The notes beneath the pieces are model-generated. The model saw nothing but the letters and a program-made list of their open reading frames with translations. It did no database searches and had not been told where the DNA came from. DNA of 64,000 nucleotides, taken from an uncultured Actinomycetota bacterium (GTDB taxonomy: Bacteria; Actinomycetota; Actinomycetes; Streptosporangiales; Streptosporangiaceae). The position numbers and the translations under genes were made by a program. The stretch is from NCBI GenBank assembly GCA_963788895.1, contig CAWBJA010000018.1:40499-104498 (forward strand), read 5' to 3'. This document shows, in pieces, positions 19,519 to 29,889 of this stretch (the stretch's first letter is position 1; each line of letters begins with the position of its first letter).

Positions 19519-20883
19519 GTGGCTGAGTTCGCCGACCAGACTCAGCTGCGCGTGCGAGCCGGTGACGGCGGGCACGGCTGCGCCTCCATCCACCGGGAGA
19601 AGTTCAAGCCGCTCGGCGGGCCCGACGGCGGCAATGGCGGGCGCGGCGGCGACGTCATCATCGAGGTCGACCCCAGCGTGGCCACGCTGCTGGACTTTCA
19701 CCGGCGGCCGGTCCGCCGGGCCGGTAACGGCAAACCGGGCTCGGGCTCGAACCGGAGCGGGGCCGAAGGCGCTGACCTGATCCTGCGCGTCCCGGACGGG
19801 ACCGTGGTGAAGACCGAAGACGGGACCGAGCTAGCCGACCTGATCGGCGCCGGGACGCGCCTGGTAGCGGCTCAGGGCGGCCGTGGCGGCCTGGGCAACG
19901 CGGCGCTCGCCTCAGCCCGGCGCAAGGCCCCCGGGTTCGCGCTGCGCGGCGAGCCCGGCGTCGAGCTGCAGCTGACCCTGGAGCTCAAGACCGTGGCCGA
20001 CGCCGGGCTGGTGGGATTCCCCAACGCCGGGAAGTCCTCGCTCATCTCGGCCATGTCCGCGGCCCGGCCCAAGATCGCGGACTACCCGTTCACCACGCTG
20101 ATCCCCAACCTGGGCGTGGTCGAGGCGGGCGAGGTCCAGTTCGTGGTGGCCGACGTGCCCGGCCTGATTCCCGGGGCCAGCCAGGGCAAGGGCCTGGGCC
20201 TGGATTTCCTCCGGCACGTGGAGCGCTGTTCGGTGCTGGTGCACGTGCTCGACTGCGCCACTGAGGAGCCGGGCCGCGATCCGCTCACCGACCTGGACGT
20301 GATCGAGGACGAACTCGCCGCCTACGGCGCCGCGACCGGCGCGAACTTGCAGGACCGGCCCAGGATCGTGGTGCTCAACAAGCTTGACGTGCCGGCCGCG
20401 CGCGAGCTGGCCGAGCTGGTCGCGCCCGACCTGGCCGAGCGCGGCCTGACCGTCTGCCAGGTGTCGGCCGCCACCCGGGAAGGCCTGCGCGATCTGGCCT
20501 TCACCATGGCCGCCGTTATCGCCGCCGCGCGCGAAGCCGCGCCCGTGCCCGAGCCGACCCGGCTGGTGATCCGGCCCGAGCCGGTGGCGGGCCCGGAATT
20601 CGAGGTCGTCCAGACCGGCGAGAACCAGTACACGATCCGGGGCGAGAAACCGCGCCGCTGGATCCTGCAGACCGACTTCAGCAACGACGAGGCGGTCGGC
20701 TACCTGGCCGACCGGCTGGCCCGGATCGGCATCGAGGAAGCGCTGGCCGGCGTGGGCGCGCAGTCCGGGGCTGAGGTGCTGATCGGCGCGGACGACAACG
20801 CCGTGGTATTCGACTGGGATCCGGAGCTGCCCGCTGGTGCCGGGTTCGGGCCGCGCGGCACCGACTCTCGGCTGAGCCGCTAG
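19519..20883 (+). CDS. obg: GTPase Obg
   Basis: Obg fold signature [32 protein letters not shown], with G1 GFPNAGKSS and G3 DVPGLI. The GTG at 19519 is preceded by the SD AGGAAGGAG. The track ORF starts at 19501. Confidence 0.9.
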   Translation: MAEFADQTQLRVRAGDGGHGCASIHREKFKPLGGPDGGNGGRGGDVIIEVDPSVATLLDFHRRPVRRAGNGKPGSGSNRSGAEGADLILRVPDGTVVKTEDGTELADLIGAGTRLVAAQGGRGGLGNAALASARRKAPGFALRGEPGVELQLTLELKTVADAGLVGFPNAGKSSLISAMSAARPKIADYPFTTLIPNLGVVEAGEVQFVVADVPGLIPGASQGKGLGLDFLRHVERCSVLVHVLDCATEEPGRDPLTDLDVIEDELAAYGAATGANLQDRPRIVVLNKLDVPAARELAELVAPDLAERGLTVCQVSAATREGLRDLAFTMAAVIAAAREAAPVPEPTRLVIRPEPVAGPEFEVVQTGENQYTIRGEKPRRWILQTDFSNDEAVGYLADRLARIGIEEALAGVGAQSGAEVLIGADDNAVVFDWDPELPAGAGFGPRGTDSRLSR

Positions 20884-20950
20884 CTAATCTTCGCGTTCAG
20901 ATTGGGCGTGTCGCTCCGGTTGGAGCGGGTCAGCATCGGGCAAAATACGA

Positions 20951-20985
20951 CGAGGCCCCTCCATGTATGAGATGGAGGGGCCTCG
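20951..20985. terminator. perfect 13-14 bp GC-rich hairpin between the convergent obg and M48 peptidase genes (putative bidirectional terminator, no U-tract)
   Basis: GAGGCCCCTCCAT-GTATGAG-ATGGAGGGGCCTC read directly at 20952-20984. Flanking C20951 and G20985 can add one more pair. Confidence 0.55.
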
Positions 20986-21360
20986 CCAGGCTCAGCGGCG
21001 TTTTAGCGGCCGATTGCTCGGCTGCTGCGCGTCGCAGCGCCCGCCACCACTACCAGCCACGAGCGAGAATTGCCGGGCGCCCAGCCCTTCCCGCGTTCCC
21101 GGTGACGTCCCCGGGACTGATGGCCTCCTGCGCTGATCGATCCCGGAGTTGCCCCCAGGGCCAGTCACCGCGCCGCTGATCGAACCCGGAGTCACCCCCG
21201 GGGCCGGTCACCGTGGTGGTGATCGGTGGCCCCGAAGTCGCCTCCGGACCGATCCCCACCTGTGGTGGTCATGCAGTTCTACTGCCTCGCGGCCAGCGCG
21301 CACAACCCCTCAAGCGCAGCAAATTCATGATTCTTTGGCCATGCACAGGCCACCGGGTTG

Positions 21361-21413
21361 TTATCCCCCGTTAAGGTCAGTTATCCACGGGACTATCCAC
21401 AGAGCTGTGCACA
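21361..21413. promoter_or_regulatory. cluster of DnaA-box-like 9-mers in an AT-richer patch
   Basis: TTATCCCCC (21361), TTATCCACG (21381) and CTATCCACA (21393) are in the same orientation, and CTGTGCACA lies at 21405. The reference consensus is TTATCCACA / TTGTCCACA. Function is not established. Confidence 0.25.
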
Positions 21414-21469
21414 GGGGCCCCAGGTCAGGGCCTAGAACGCGATCCGCGAGCCGGCCGGACTGGCTAGTG

Positions 21470-22495
21470 CTAGTCGTCTTCGCCGTCGTCGTGCCGGGTG
21501 AACCGGCTGAACAGCCGCTCCCCGGCCCCGACCGCCGTCTCGGCCACACCGCGCACCGCGCCGATGAACGGGTCGCTGCTGCGGCTCCAGGACTCCTGGT
21601 AGGCCCGGGCCGCGGCCTTGACCTCATCGCTGACCGACGCCGTCGAGTCGTCCTCCCGGCGCAGGTACTGGCGGGCCAGGATGTCGGCATAGTCGCCGCT
21701 GTCGGCCCACCGGTCCAGCTCAGCGAAGCGCACCACAGTGAACGGGTGCGTCGTGCCCTCCAGTTGAAGCAGCTTGAGCAGCCCTTCCCGCACGTCAGGC
21801 ACCGCGTCGTACTCCTGCGCCTGCTGGTGGAAGTCGTCGTGGCTCAGCTCGCCCATCCGGGAGCCTCCGGCCAGCTTCATCAGCCCCCGGCGGCCCGCCT
21901 CGACGTCCTGGCCGGCCAGCAGCCCGGCCCGGTCGCAGGACAGCTCGCTCTTGCGATACCACTCCTCCAGCGCCCAGATGATGGCCCGCAGCCCCAGGTA
22001 GCCGATCGGCATCCAGGCCACCCTGCGGGCCAGGTTGATCAGGTGGAAGAGCATCGTGCGGTACACGGTGTGGCCGGAAAGGATATGACCGAGCTCGTGC
22101 CCGACGGCCCAGCGCATCTCCTCTTCGTCGAAAAGGTCTACCATCCCCGTCGTAATGACTACGAATGGCTTATCGGATCCCAGCGCCATAGCGTTCACTA
22201 TGGGCATTTGCCAGATGTAGAGTTCCGGCACCGTGGGCAGGTCAAGTACGTATGCGCCGTCCCTGAGGGCCTTGTAGAGCTGCGGGAACTGCGTCTCGGA
22301 GGCGCGTACCGAGCTCGCCAGGAACATCAGCCGCAGGCTCCGGTCGTTGAACAGTCCGGCCAGGCGGCGCAGAAGCACGTCGAAACCGGTAAGTTTGCGC
22401 ATCGCCACCAAAGCTGAGCGGTCGGCAGGATGCTCGTAAGCCCGGGAGCTGATGCCGGGCAGACGCACTCGGGAGCGTTCGGGCACAGTTGTCAT
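21470..22495 (-). CDS. M48 family zinc metallopeptidase
   Basis: HExxH motif in WAVGHELGHILSGH. The likely start is MTTVPERSRV at 22495; the track ORF extends to 22582. Confidence 0.8.
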   Translation of the reverse strand: MTTVPERSRVRLPGISSRAYEHPADRSALVAMRKLTGFDVLLRRLAGLFNDRSLRLMFLASSVRASETQFPQLYKALRDGAYVLDLPTVPELYIWQMPIVNAMALGSDKPFVVITTGMVDLFDEEEMRWAVGHELGHILSGHTVYRTMLFHLINLARRVAWMPIGYLGLRAIIWALEEWYRKSELSCDRAGLLAGQDVEAGRRGLMKLAGGSRMGELSHDDFHQQAQEYDAVPDVREGLLKLLQLEGTTHPFTVVRFAELDRWADSGDYADILARQYLRREDDSTASVSDEVKAAARAYQESWSRSSDPFIGAVRGVAETAVGAGERLFSRFTRHDDGEDD

Positions 22496-22533
22496 ACCGT
22501 CATCGTAAGCGTACCCGGGAGAGGCCGAACCAG

Positions 22534-23874
22534 ATGCCGCAAGAGCAGGGGCCCGGCATTTTCGAGCCGGAGGCGGAATCAATTCCGCCGGACAAGCTCG
22601 CCGCGCTGCAGCAGCAGCGGTTGCAGGCCATGATCGACCGGCTGATCACGGTGGGCGGCGTGCAGGGGAGCCGGCTGGCCGAGGCCGGCCTGCGCAGCGG
22701 CGACGACGTCACGCTGGCCGACCTGCCGCGGCTGCCCACGACGAGCAAGCAGGACCTGTGGGATGGCTACCCGTTCGGGATGCTGTCGGTGCCGCGTTCC
22801 GATGTGGTCGCGGTGCACGGCTCCAGCGGGACCGGCGGCCGTCCGACGCTGGTCGGCTACACCCGTAACGACCTGCGGCTGTGGGCCCGGATGTGCGCTC
22901 GGGCGCTGGCCGCCGCCGGGGCCACCAGGAACAGCATCGTGCACAACGCCTACGGTTACGGCCTGTTCACCGGCGGCATGGGCATCCACCAGGGCGCGGT
23001 CGAGCTCGGCGCTACCGTCATCCCGGTGTCGGGCGGGATGACGCCGCGGCAGGTGACCCTCATTTCCGATCTCCGGCCGGACATCCTGACCTGCACGCCG
23101 TCCTACGCGGTGCGGCTGGGCGAGGCGCTGCGCGCGGCCGGGCTGCGGCCGGGCGCAGGCCTGAGGCTGCGGGCGGGCGTGTTCGGCGCGGAGCCGTGGA
23201 CCGACTCGCTGCGGGCCAGGATCGAGGAACTGCTGGGCCTGCGGGCGCTGGACATCTACGGCCTGTCCGAGGTCATCGGACCCGGCGTGGCGGCGGAATG
23301 CCTGGTAGCAGCGGACGGGCTGCACGTGAACGAGGATCACTTCATCGTCGAGGCGGTGGACCCGGTGACCGGCGCGGGCGTGCCCGACGGCACGCCGGGG
23401 GAGCTGGTGTTCACCACCGTGACCAAGGAGGCGCTGCCGCTGCTGCGCTACCGCACCGGCGACATCGCCGCGCTGAGCCGGGGCAGCTGCCCGTGCGGCC
23501 GGACCCTGGCCAAGATGAGCCGGATCACCGGGCGGCGTGACGACATGCTGGTCATCCGGGGCGTCAACGTCTACCCGAGCGAGGTCGAGCGGGTGCTGCT
23601 GGCCGACTCGACGCTGGCGCCTGACTACCTGCTGGTCGTTGACCAGCGGGAGCCCCAGGCCCGGCTGATCGCGTGCTGTGAGTACCGCACGGGCATCATC
23701 GGGCGGCTCCCGGCGGAAGAGGAGATCCAGGCCCGGCTGCGGGACGCGCTGGGACTGGGCGTGCTGGTGCGGGTGCTGGCGGCGGGGACGGTTCCGCGCA
23801 GCGAAGTCGGCAAGGCGGTCCGGGTCGTCCGCTGGTCGGACGGCGAGCCGCCGCTGCCCGGCCTGACCGGCTAG
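22534..23874 (+). CDS. phenylacetate--CoA ligase (PaaK / coenzyme F390 synthetase) family adenylating enzyme
   Basis: The [13 protein letters not shown]-binding loop and [27 protein letters not shown] are typical of the PaaK family. The start is taken at [13 protein letters not shown]. Confidence 0.8.
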   Translation: MPQEQGPGIFEPEAESIPPDKLAALQQQRLQAMIDRLITVGGVQGSRLAEAGLRSGDDVTLADLPRLPTTSKQDLWDGYPFGMLSVPRSDVVAVHGSSGTGGRPTLVGYTRNDLRLWARMCARALAAAGATRNSIVHNAYGYGLFTGGMGIHQGAVELGATVIPVSGGMTPRQVTLISDLRPDILTCTPSYAVRLGEALRAAGLRPGAGLRLRAGVFGAEPWTDSLRARIEELLGLRALDIYGLSEVIGPGVAAECLVAADGLHVNEDHFIVEAVDPVTGAGVPDGTPGELVFTTVTKEALPLLRYRTGDIAALSRGSCPCGRTLAKMSRITGRRDDMLVIRGVNVYPSEVERVLLADSTLAPDYLLVVDQREPQARLIACCEYRTGIIGRLPAEEEIQARLRDALGLGVLVRVLAAGTVPRSEVGKAVRVVRWSDGEPPLPGLTG

Positions 23875-23941
23875 CCCGGCTGGTCGCGGGGCCCGGACCG
23901 CTAGAATTGGGCAATCGGACAGGCCACGACCGGGGGCGCAG

Positions 23942-24721
23942 ATGCGGATCGGCGTGATGGGCGGGACGTTCGACCCGATCCACCATGGCCACCTGGTGGC
24001 GGCCAGCGAGGTCGGGCACTTTTTCGAGCTCGATGAGGTGATCTTCGTACCCACCGGCCAGCCGTGGCAGAAGGGGGCACGTAAGGTCTCCGAGGCCGAG
24101 GACCGGTACTTGATGACGGTGATCGCCACTGCGTCTAATCCCCGCTTTGCGGTCAGCCGGGTAGATATCGACCGGCCGGGGGATACCTACACCATCGACA
24201 CGCTGCGCGACCTGCACGCCGCCCGAGGGCCGGCTGAGTTCTTTTTCATCACCGGCGCCGACGCGCTGCGTCAGCTGATGTCCTGGCAAGATGCTGACGA
24301 ATTGTTCAAACTCGCGCATTTCGTCGGGTGCACCAGGCCCGGGCACCAGCTGACCGGAGACGGTCTGCCGCTGGAGCAGGTCAGCCTGATCGAGATCCCG
24401 GCGCTGGCGATCTCCTCGACGGCCTGCCGCGACCGGGTCAGGGCCGGCCAGCCGATCTGGTACCTGGTTCCGGACGGGGTCGTCCAGTACATCGCGAAAC
24501 GCCGGCTCTACCAGGCCAGGCCGGACCCGGGCCAGCCTCGGCGGCCTGGGCTGGGCGGGTCCACGGGACTGGGCACGGGCGGGTCCCTAGGGCTGGATGC
24601 GGGCGGGTCCCTGGGGCTGGATGCGGGCGGGTCCGGAGGGCTGGGTACGGGCGGGTCCATGGACCGGGAGCCGAGCGCATTCCGGGAGCCGGAGCCAGGG
24701 CGGGTCGCGAGTGGCGAGTGA
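23942..24721 (+). CDS. nadD: nicotinate-nucleotide adenylyltransferase with a Gly/Leu-rich repeat tail
   Basis: The N-terminus [18 protein letters not shown] carries the (H/T)xGH motif. The C-terminal tail [27 protein letters not shown] comes from 27-bp repeats. Confidence 0.9.
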   Translation: MRIGVMGGTFDPIHHGHLVAASEVGHFFELDEVIFVPTGQPWQKGARKVSEAEDRYLMTVIATASNPRFAVSRVDIDRPGDTYTIDTLRDLHAARGPAEFFFITGADALRQLMSWQDADELFKLAHFVGCTRPGHQLTGDGLPLEQVSLIEIPALAISSTACRDRVRAGQPIWYLVPDGVVQYIAKRRLYQARPDPGQPRRPGLGGSTGLGTGGSLGLDAGGSLGLDAGGSGGLGTGGSMDREPSAFREPEPGRVASGE

Positions 24722-24859
24722 GGCTCCGGCCAGGACGCCGCAAAAGGTCGGTGGGGCAGGTTACCCTGAATTGGCTTCGTCCTGCTGCCAGCGGGGACGT
24801 GAGAGTGTAGGACATAGGGCTCAGCCGAGATGCTCAGCCGAGGAGGACAAGCAGCACAC

Positions 24860-25276
24860 GTGACAGCCACGGATCGGGCCGTCGAGCTCGTTGGGATCGC
24901 CGCGGGGGCGGCAGCCGACAAGCTGGCCTCAGACATCATCGCCTATGACGTGAGCGAGCAGCTTGTCATCACCGATGCGTTCCTGCTCTGCTCGGCATCC
25001 AACGATCGCCAGGTGAAGTCGATCGTTGACGAGATCGAGGAGAAGCTGAAACGGGTCGGCGCGAAGCCGGTCCGGCGTGAGGGCGAGCGGGAAGGCCGCT
25101 GGGTCCTGCTCGACTACCTTGACGTCGTCATCCACGTGCAGCACGCCGAGGAGCGGGTCTTCTACGCCCTGGAGCGGTTGTGGAAGGACTGCCCGCTGAT
25201 CGCCCTGCCCGAGCCGGTCAGCGCTGGCCCGCCCGGTCCTGGCGGCCCGGGAGCGAACCGGGCCGGACCTCGCTAA
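24860..25276 (+). CDS. rsfS: ribosome silencing factor RsfS
   Basis: The segment DIIAYDVSEQLVITDAFLLCSASNDRQVKSIVDEIEEKL...WVLLDYLDVVIHVQ is the RsfS pattern. The GTG at 24860 is preceded by the SD AGGAGGA. Confidence 0.85.
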   Translation: MTATDRAVELVGIAAGAAADKLASDIIAYDVSEQLVITDAFLLCSASNDRQVKSIVDEIEEKLKRVGAKPVRREGEREGRWVLLDYLDVVIHVQHAEERVFYALERLWKDCPLIALPEPVSAGPPGPGGPGANRAGPR

Positions 25277-25279
25277 CCG

Positions 25280-25966
25280 ATGGCTCAGGCGGATCAGAGC
25301 CCCGGCGCCGGGGAACGTAACGCGGCCCGCGGGCCGGGCCAGGACGCTGTGTACATCGTGCTCTGGCGGCATGGCCAGTCCATCTGGAACGCCGAGGGCC
25401 GCTGGCAGGGCCAGAGCGACCCCAGCCTGTCCCCGCTCGGCGAGCAGCAGGCGCGGCACGCCGCCCGGCTGCTCGCCGCGCTCCAGCCGGCCGCGATCTA
25501 CGCCTCGGACCTGCACCGAGCCTCCGACACGGCCGGGCAACTGGCCCGGGTAACCGGCCTGCCCGTCCAGCTGGACAAATCCCTCAGGGAGCGCGGCGGC
25601 GGCTCCTGGGAAGGTCTCACCGGCGCCGAGATCCAGGCTCGGTACCCGCAGGATTGGGCGGCCAGGTTCCCGTCCGACGGCGAGTCCCTCAGCCTGGTCG
25701 CCGACCGGGTGGCCGAAACCATCGAGCGCATCGCCGACTCCCTGGCCGGGGGCGCATGCGCCATCGTGGCCAGCCACGGCGGGGCGCTCAATATGGGAAT
25801 GTCGCGGTTGCTCGGTTTGCCGCAGGACGCCCGCGTACTTGGCGTTCTGGGTAACTGCGCCTGGTCCGTGCTCGGCCGCCAGGCTGGCCGCTGGCGCCTG
25901 CTGGAGCACAACGTGGGAACTCTGCCGGAGCCGGTGCCGGACCGGCCTCCCGGACACGGGGACTAA
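25280..25966 (+). CDS. histidine phosphatase family protein (phosphoglycerate mutase-like)
   Basis: RHG catalytic motif in VLWRHGQSIWNAEGRWQG. Conserved position after rsfS. Confidence 0.8.
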   Translation: MAQADQSPGAGERNAARGPGQDAVYIVLWRHGQSIWNAEGRWQGQSDPSLSPLGEQQARHAARLLAALQPAAIYASDLHRASDTAGQLARVTGLPVQLDKSLRERGGGSWEGLTGAEIQARYPQDWAARFPSDGESLSLVADRVAETIERIADSLAGGACAIVASHGGALNMGMSRLLGLPQDARVLGVLGNCAWSVLGRQAGRWRLLEHNVGTLPEPVPDRPPGHGD

Positions 25967-26020
25967 CTGGTTTCTTGTACACTAGCGAGGCGCCGCGGTC
26001 CGTACGCCACGGCTCCCCGA

Positions 26021-26093
<73 letters not shown>

Positions 26094-26819
26094 CACAGGT
26101 CAGAGGCATTATTCGAACAGCTAAGCCAGGCCCTGAGGCGGCGTACAGCAGCAAAGTACCGCAACGCGATTGCCTCAAGCGCCATACATCGTTTCGAGCT
26201 GCGCTTTCCTTCCGCCTGCGATGGCTGCTGGCACGGCGTGCCCGCGCTGGACACTGTGGAGAACTACGGTCCTCTGGCCAGGAACAATGCCTGTTCTAGC
26301 CGCTGTGTGACCCTTGCCCTGCTGCGGATGCCTGGCTTGGCTGACCCGGCCGGAGCCAGGATTGGTGCCGTTGACTGTTGCCGGGTTTGCAATGGCAGAA
26401 CTGGTTCATTCCGGGGTCCTCGGCCCGGCGGGTCCGGCAGTGCCAGGCTCCGCCGTCTACCCCGGGGGGTGGCATGCGCGGGTGCTGAAGGCGCACCTGC
26501 GCGCGGGGTCTAGCCGGCGGCGCCGGCGCCGCGCCGGGATGCGCCGCCCGTGGCCGCGGTGGGCTCAAGGATGCGCTGCGGCGCTAAGGCGGCGTGCCGG
26601 TGGCGCCTGTCAAGGGCGCGGGGGCGCGAGCAGGCGCGCGTGCCATGGCGCCGATCGGGTTTGATGCTTGCCGGGGGCCGGTGAGCGCATGGCTGGCGTT
26701 CTCGGTGAGATGGCCCTGCCAGCGGCTCGGTGACAGTGCCGGCCAGGGCAGCGCCCACCTCAGCGTCGCCAGGGTGCGGGTGCGGCAGGGCCAGCACGGC
26801 GGCGCACTCGGTCACTAGG

Positions 26820-28320
26820 GCACCCTCTTTCTCAAGGGCACCACTACGGTGCTCGTTGTAGGGACTCGGCGGGAGCCGGGGTGACGGTCTGTTGCGGTCG
26901 CCGGTAGACGGCCTGCATGACACCACCGCCCCCGGTTTCTCCGGGGACACGGACTGGCAACAGGGAGACGCGCCGCAGAGCGCCGGTTAGTGACCGCCCG
27001 GTAGCTGTCCTCCTCGCCGAGTTGCCGTCGCTGCCACCCTGAGGAGCTTCTGTGTCGTTTGCGCTGCCTGATGCGCTGTTTTTCACTGGGATCGACTGGG
27101 CCGCGGAGGTCCATGCCGTGTGCGTGATGGACGCCGCAGGGAAGATCGCGGCGAGTTTCTCCATCGAGCACTCGGCGGACGGGATCGCGCTGCTGATCCG
27201 CCGGCTGGCAAGGTATGGCGAGGCCGCCTGCATGCCGGCCGCGATCGAGCGCCCGGATGGCCGCCTGGCGGACCTGCTGCTGGAGGCCGGGCACCCGGTC
27301 GTGCCGGTCAGCCCCAATGCGATCAAGACCTGGCGGGAAGGCGAGGTTCTGTCCGGCGCCAAGTCCGACGCCGGGGACGCCGTGGTGATAGCCGAGTACC
27401 TGCGGCTGCGCGCGCACAAGCTGCGGGTCGTGCCGCCTTACTCCGATGAGACCCGGGCGCTGCGCACCGTTGTGCGCACCCGCGGCGACCTGGTCGAGAT
27501 GCGGGTCGCGGCCACCAGCCAGCTGCCGGCGCTGCTGGACGCGCACTGGCCCGGCGCTAAGGCCATCTTCGCTGACGTCGAGTCGCCGATCAGCCTGGAG
27601 TTCCTCACCCGCTACCCGACCCCGGCCGCCGCCGCGCACCTGGGCGAGAAGCGGATGGCCGCGTTCTTGATCAAGCACGGTTACTGCGGCCGCCGCACCC
27701 CCGCTGAGCTGCTCGCCCGGCTGCGTGCCGCACCGGCGGGCACCGGCCTGCAGGCACTCGGCGAGGCGCTGCGCGACGCCGTGCTCGCCGCCGCCGGCGT
27801 GCTGGCAGCCCTGAACGCCTCGGTGAAGAACCTCGACCGCTCCGTCGCCGCCCACCTCGGAGAGCACCCGGACGGCGCGATCTTCACGTCGCTGCCAAGG
27901 TCGGGTCAGGTCAACGCCGCCCAGGTGCTCGCCGAGTGGGGCGATGCCCGCCCAGCCTACGAGCACCCCGACTCCGTCGCCGCCCTCGCCGGGGTCACCC
28001 CCGTCACCAGGCAATCCGGCAAGCACCGCTCCGTGAGCTTCCGCTGGGCCTGCAACAAGCGGTTCCGCGCCGCGATCACCACCTTCGCCGACAACAGCCG
28101 CCACGCCAGCCCCTGGGCCGCCAAGATCTACAACGACGCCCGCGCCGCCGGCAAAGACCACCCCCACGCCACCCGCATCCTCGCCCGCGCCTGGATCCGC
28201 ATCATCTACCGCTGCTGGCTCGACGGCGTCCCCTACGACCCATCCAGGCACGGAGCCGCCGCCGCACTCGCCGAACAACCGACTAAGCAAATCGCGGCCT
28301 GAGGTTGACACAGGGAGTGT
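26820..28320 (+). mobile_element. IS110-family insertion sequence (left boundary approximate)
   Basis: The transposase CDS is preceded by a non-coding leader of roughly 230 bp and followed by a very short 3' end, as is typical of the IS110 group. A truncated TPR gene begins immediately after it at 28321. Confidence 0.7.
27052..28302 (+). CDS. IS110 family transposase (DEDD recombinase)
   Basis: 416 aa. The N-terminal FTGIDWAAEVHAVCVMDAAGK belongs to the DEDD_Tnp_IS110 type. The C-terminal LAGVTPVTRQSGKHRSVSFRWACNKRFR belongs to the Transposase_20 type. Confidence 0.9.
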   Translation: MSFALPDALFFTGIDWAAEVHAVCVMDAAGKIAASFSIEHSADGIALLIRRLARYGEAACMPAAIERPDGRLADLLLEAGHPVVPVSPNAIKTWREGEVLSGAKSDAGDAVVIAEYLRLRAHKLRVVPPYSDETRALRTVVRTRGDLVEMRVAATSQLPALLDAHWPGAKAIFADVESPISLEFLTRYPTPAAAAHLGEKRMAAFLIKHGYCGRRTPAELLARLRAAPAGTGLQALGEALRDAVLAAAGVLAALNASVKNLDRSVAAHLGEHPDGAIFTSLPRSGQVNAAQVLAEWGDARPAYEHPDSVAALAGVTPVTRQSGKHRSVSFRWACNKRFRAAITTFADNSRHASPWAAKIYNDARAAGKDHPHATRILARAWIRIIYRCWLDGVPYDPSRHGAAAALAEQPTKQIAA

Positions 28321-28824
28321 CATGCCCGCCAGTCGCTGGCGGCGTTCACGGCCGCGGGTGACCGGGCCGGCCAGGCCGGCGCGCTCAACGCGGCCGGCTG
28401 GTATCAGGCACAGCTGGGCGAGCACGCGCAAGCCCTAGAGCTGTGCCGGCAGGCGCTGGCCATCCAGCAAGAGCTTGGCCACCGGGTCGGCGAAGCTGAG
28501 ACCTGGGACAGCCTCGGCTTCGCTCATCACCACCTCGGCCACGCCGCCCGGGCGATTCACTGCTACCAGCGGGCGCTTGGCTTGCGGCGCGAGCTCGGCC
28601 ACCGGTTCAGCCAGGCGGTCACGCTGGCCCGGCTCGGCGACGCGCACGAGGCGTTCGCCGACCCGCGGGCGGCCCGTGACGCCTGGGCCGAGGGCCTGGC
28701 TATCCTGGACGAGCTGCGCCACCCGGACGCGGCAAGGCTCCGGTCCAAGCTCGGCCCGGCAAACGAATGCGACGATCGCCGCGAGCAGCGCCATGGCAAT
28801 TCGCCGCTGGAAGCTAATTGCTAG
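28321..28824 (+). pseudogene. 5'-truncated tetratricopeptide-repeat protein, the C-terminal end of an AfsR/SARP- or NB-ARC-TPR-type regulator
   Basis: An open frame with no start codon reads ...AGWYQAQLGEHAQALELCRQALAIQQELGHRVGEAETWDSLGFAHHHLGHAARAIHCYQRALGLRRELGHRF.... These are classic TPR units, and the frame abuts the IS110 end. Confidence 0.6.
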
Positions 28825-28854
28825 CCGAGGCCAGTAGCCTCGCGAGGAGTTCCC

Positions 28855-29796
28855 GTGTCCGCATCGCTGATCCGGGCCCGGCGGCGGGGGCGGGTGTGCC
28901 TGCCCTCCCTGGGCGTGGCCGCGGTCACCGCTCTGATTGTGTGGATCGCCGTCGACACGCTGCTCCGGCAAGGCCGCCTTTCCCAGGTGCTGTCGGCAGG
29001 CCGGGCCGAGCTGGCCGCTCCGCTGCTGATCGGCCTGGTGGTCGGGACCGGGATCTGCGAGCGGATCTGGCCAGCTGAGCGTCGGCCGGTGCTGGCCGGC
29101 GGCCACGTCCAAGACGTGGCGTTCCTGGCCCTGCACGCGGTCGTCGTCATCCCGCTGATGACCCTGCTCAGCGTCGGCGCGGCGACGCTGCTGGAGCAGC
29201 ATGCGCCGTGGTTTGAGCTGCGCGCGACGCAGGACTGGCCAGCCTGGCTGCTGTTCCCGCTCACTATCGTGGCCATGGACGCGGCCAACTGGCTGGCGCA
29301 TTATGCCGATCATCGGCTCGACGCCCTGTGGCGCTTCCACGCCCTGCATCACAGCCAGGAAGAGCTGAGCGTCTTCACGTCCTTCCGCGCCCACCCGCTC
29401 ATGCACACCACCGGGTTCCTGCTGGCGACGGTCCCGGTCGTGGTCCTGATGCCGGCCCGCCCGATCGCCCCGGTGCTGATCACCATCTACATCTGCATCG
29501 GCACCTTGCAGCACGCCAACCTCCGCTGGGCCTTCGGCCCGGTCGGCAAGGTGATCGTGAGCCCGGCCTACCACCGGTTCCATCACGCACCGGACGTCCA
29601 GGGGGACAACCTCGGTGTCGTGCTCACCGTCTGGGACGTGCTGGCCGGCCGCGCCCGGTTCCCGAACCGGGCCAGCGCCGCCGGGCACACCGGCCTGAAC
29701 GGCCGGCCAGTCCCCGTCGAGCAGGACGCGGCGGCCCGGCCGGTGCCGCTGCTTTTCGCCGAGCAGCTCCTAGAGCCGTTCCAGGCCAGGTTTTGA
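28855..29796 (+). CDS. fatty acid hydroxylase / sterol desaturase family membrane protein
   Basis: Histidine boxes HYADHRLDALWRFHALHHS and YHRFHHA, several TM segments, and a GTG start preceded by GAGGAG. Confidence 0.75.
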   Translation: MSASLIRARRRGRVCLPSLGVAAVTALIVWIAVDTLLRQGRLSQVLSAGRAELAAPLLIGLVVGTGICERIWPAERRPVLAGGHVQDVAFLALHAVVVIPLMTLLSVGAATLLEQHAPWFELRATQDWPAWLLFPLTIVAMDAANWLAHYADHRLDALWRFHALHHSQEELSVFTSFRAHPLMHTTGFLLATVPVVVLMPARPIAPVLITIYICIGTLQHANLRWAFGPVGKVIVSPAYHRFHHAPDVQGDNLGVVLTVWDVLAGRARFPNRASAAGHTGLNGRPVPVEQDAAARPVPLLFAEQLLEPFQARF

Positions 29797-29889
29797 CGGA
29801 CCAGCCAGCGCCAGCGGGCCCGATCTCGGTCTTCGGGGTGCCCGAGACCGCGCTGATCACTCTCTACGGGCGCGGTACCGAGGCAGCCC

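Noticed and set aside
21200-21276. 26-codon minus-strand ORF (MTTTGGDRSGGDFGATDHHHGDRPRG) as a possible small peptide or RiPP precursor
   Set aside because: There is no Shine-Dalgarno sequence and no neighbouring modification genes, and it overlaps the non-triplet 40-bp repeats.
21361-21413. Chromosomal replication origin
   Set aside because: There are only three or four box-like 9-mers, no dnaA/dnaN/gyrB context and no AT-rich unwinding element. It is retained only as a curiosity cluster.
22579-24129. 516-aa ORF antisense to the PaaK-like ligase and the nadD start
   Set aside because: A shadow ORF with no recognisable motifs.
26094-27050. Attachment-site repeat of the tRNA-Ala 3' end, or an integrase gene next to the tRNA
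   Set aside because: No integrase is adjacent to the tRNA, and I could not spot a copy of the tRNA 3' segment downstream by eye. This needs a computational search.
26815-28431. 538-aa ORF antisense to the IS110 transposase
   Set aside because: A shadow ORF. The plus strand encodes a full-length IS110 DEDD transposase.
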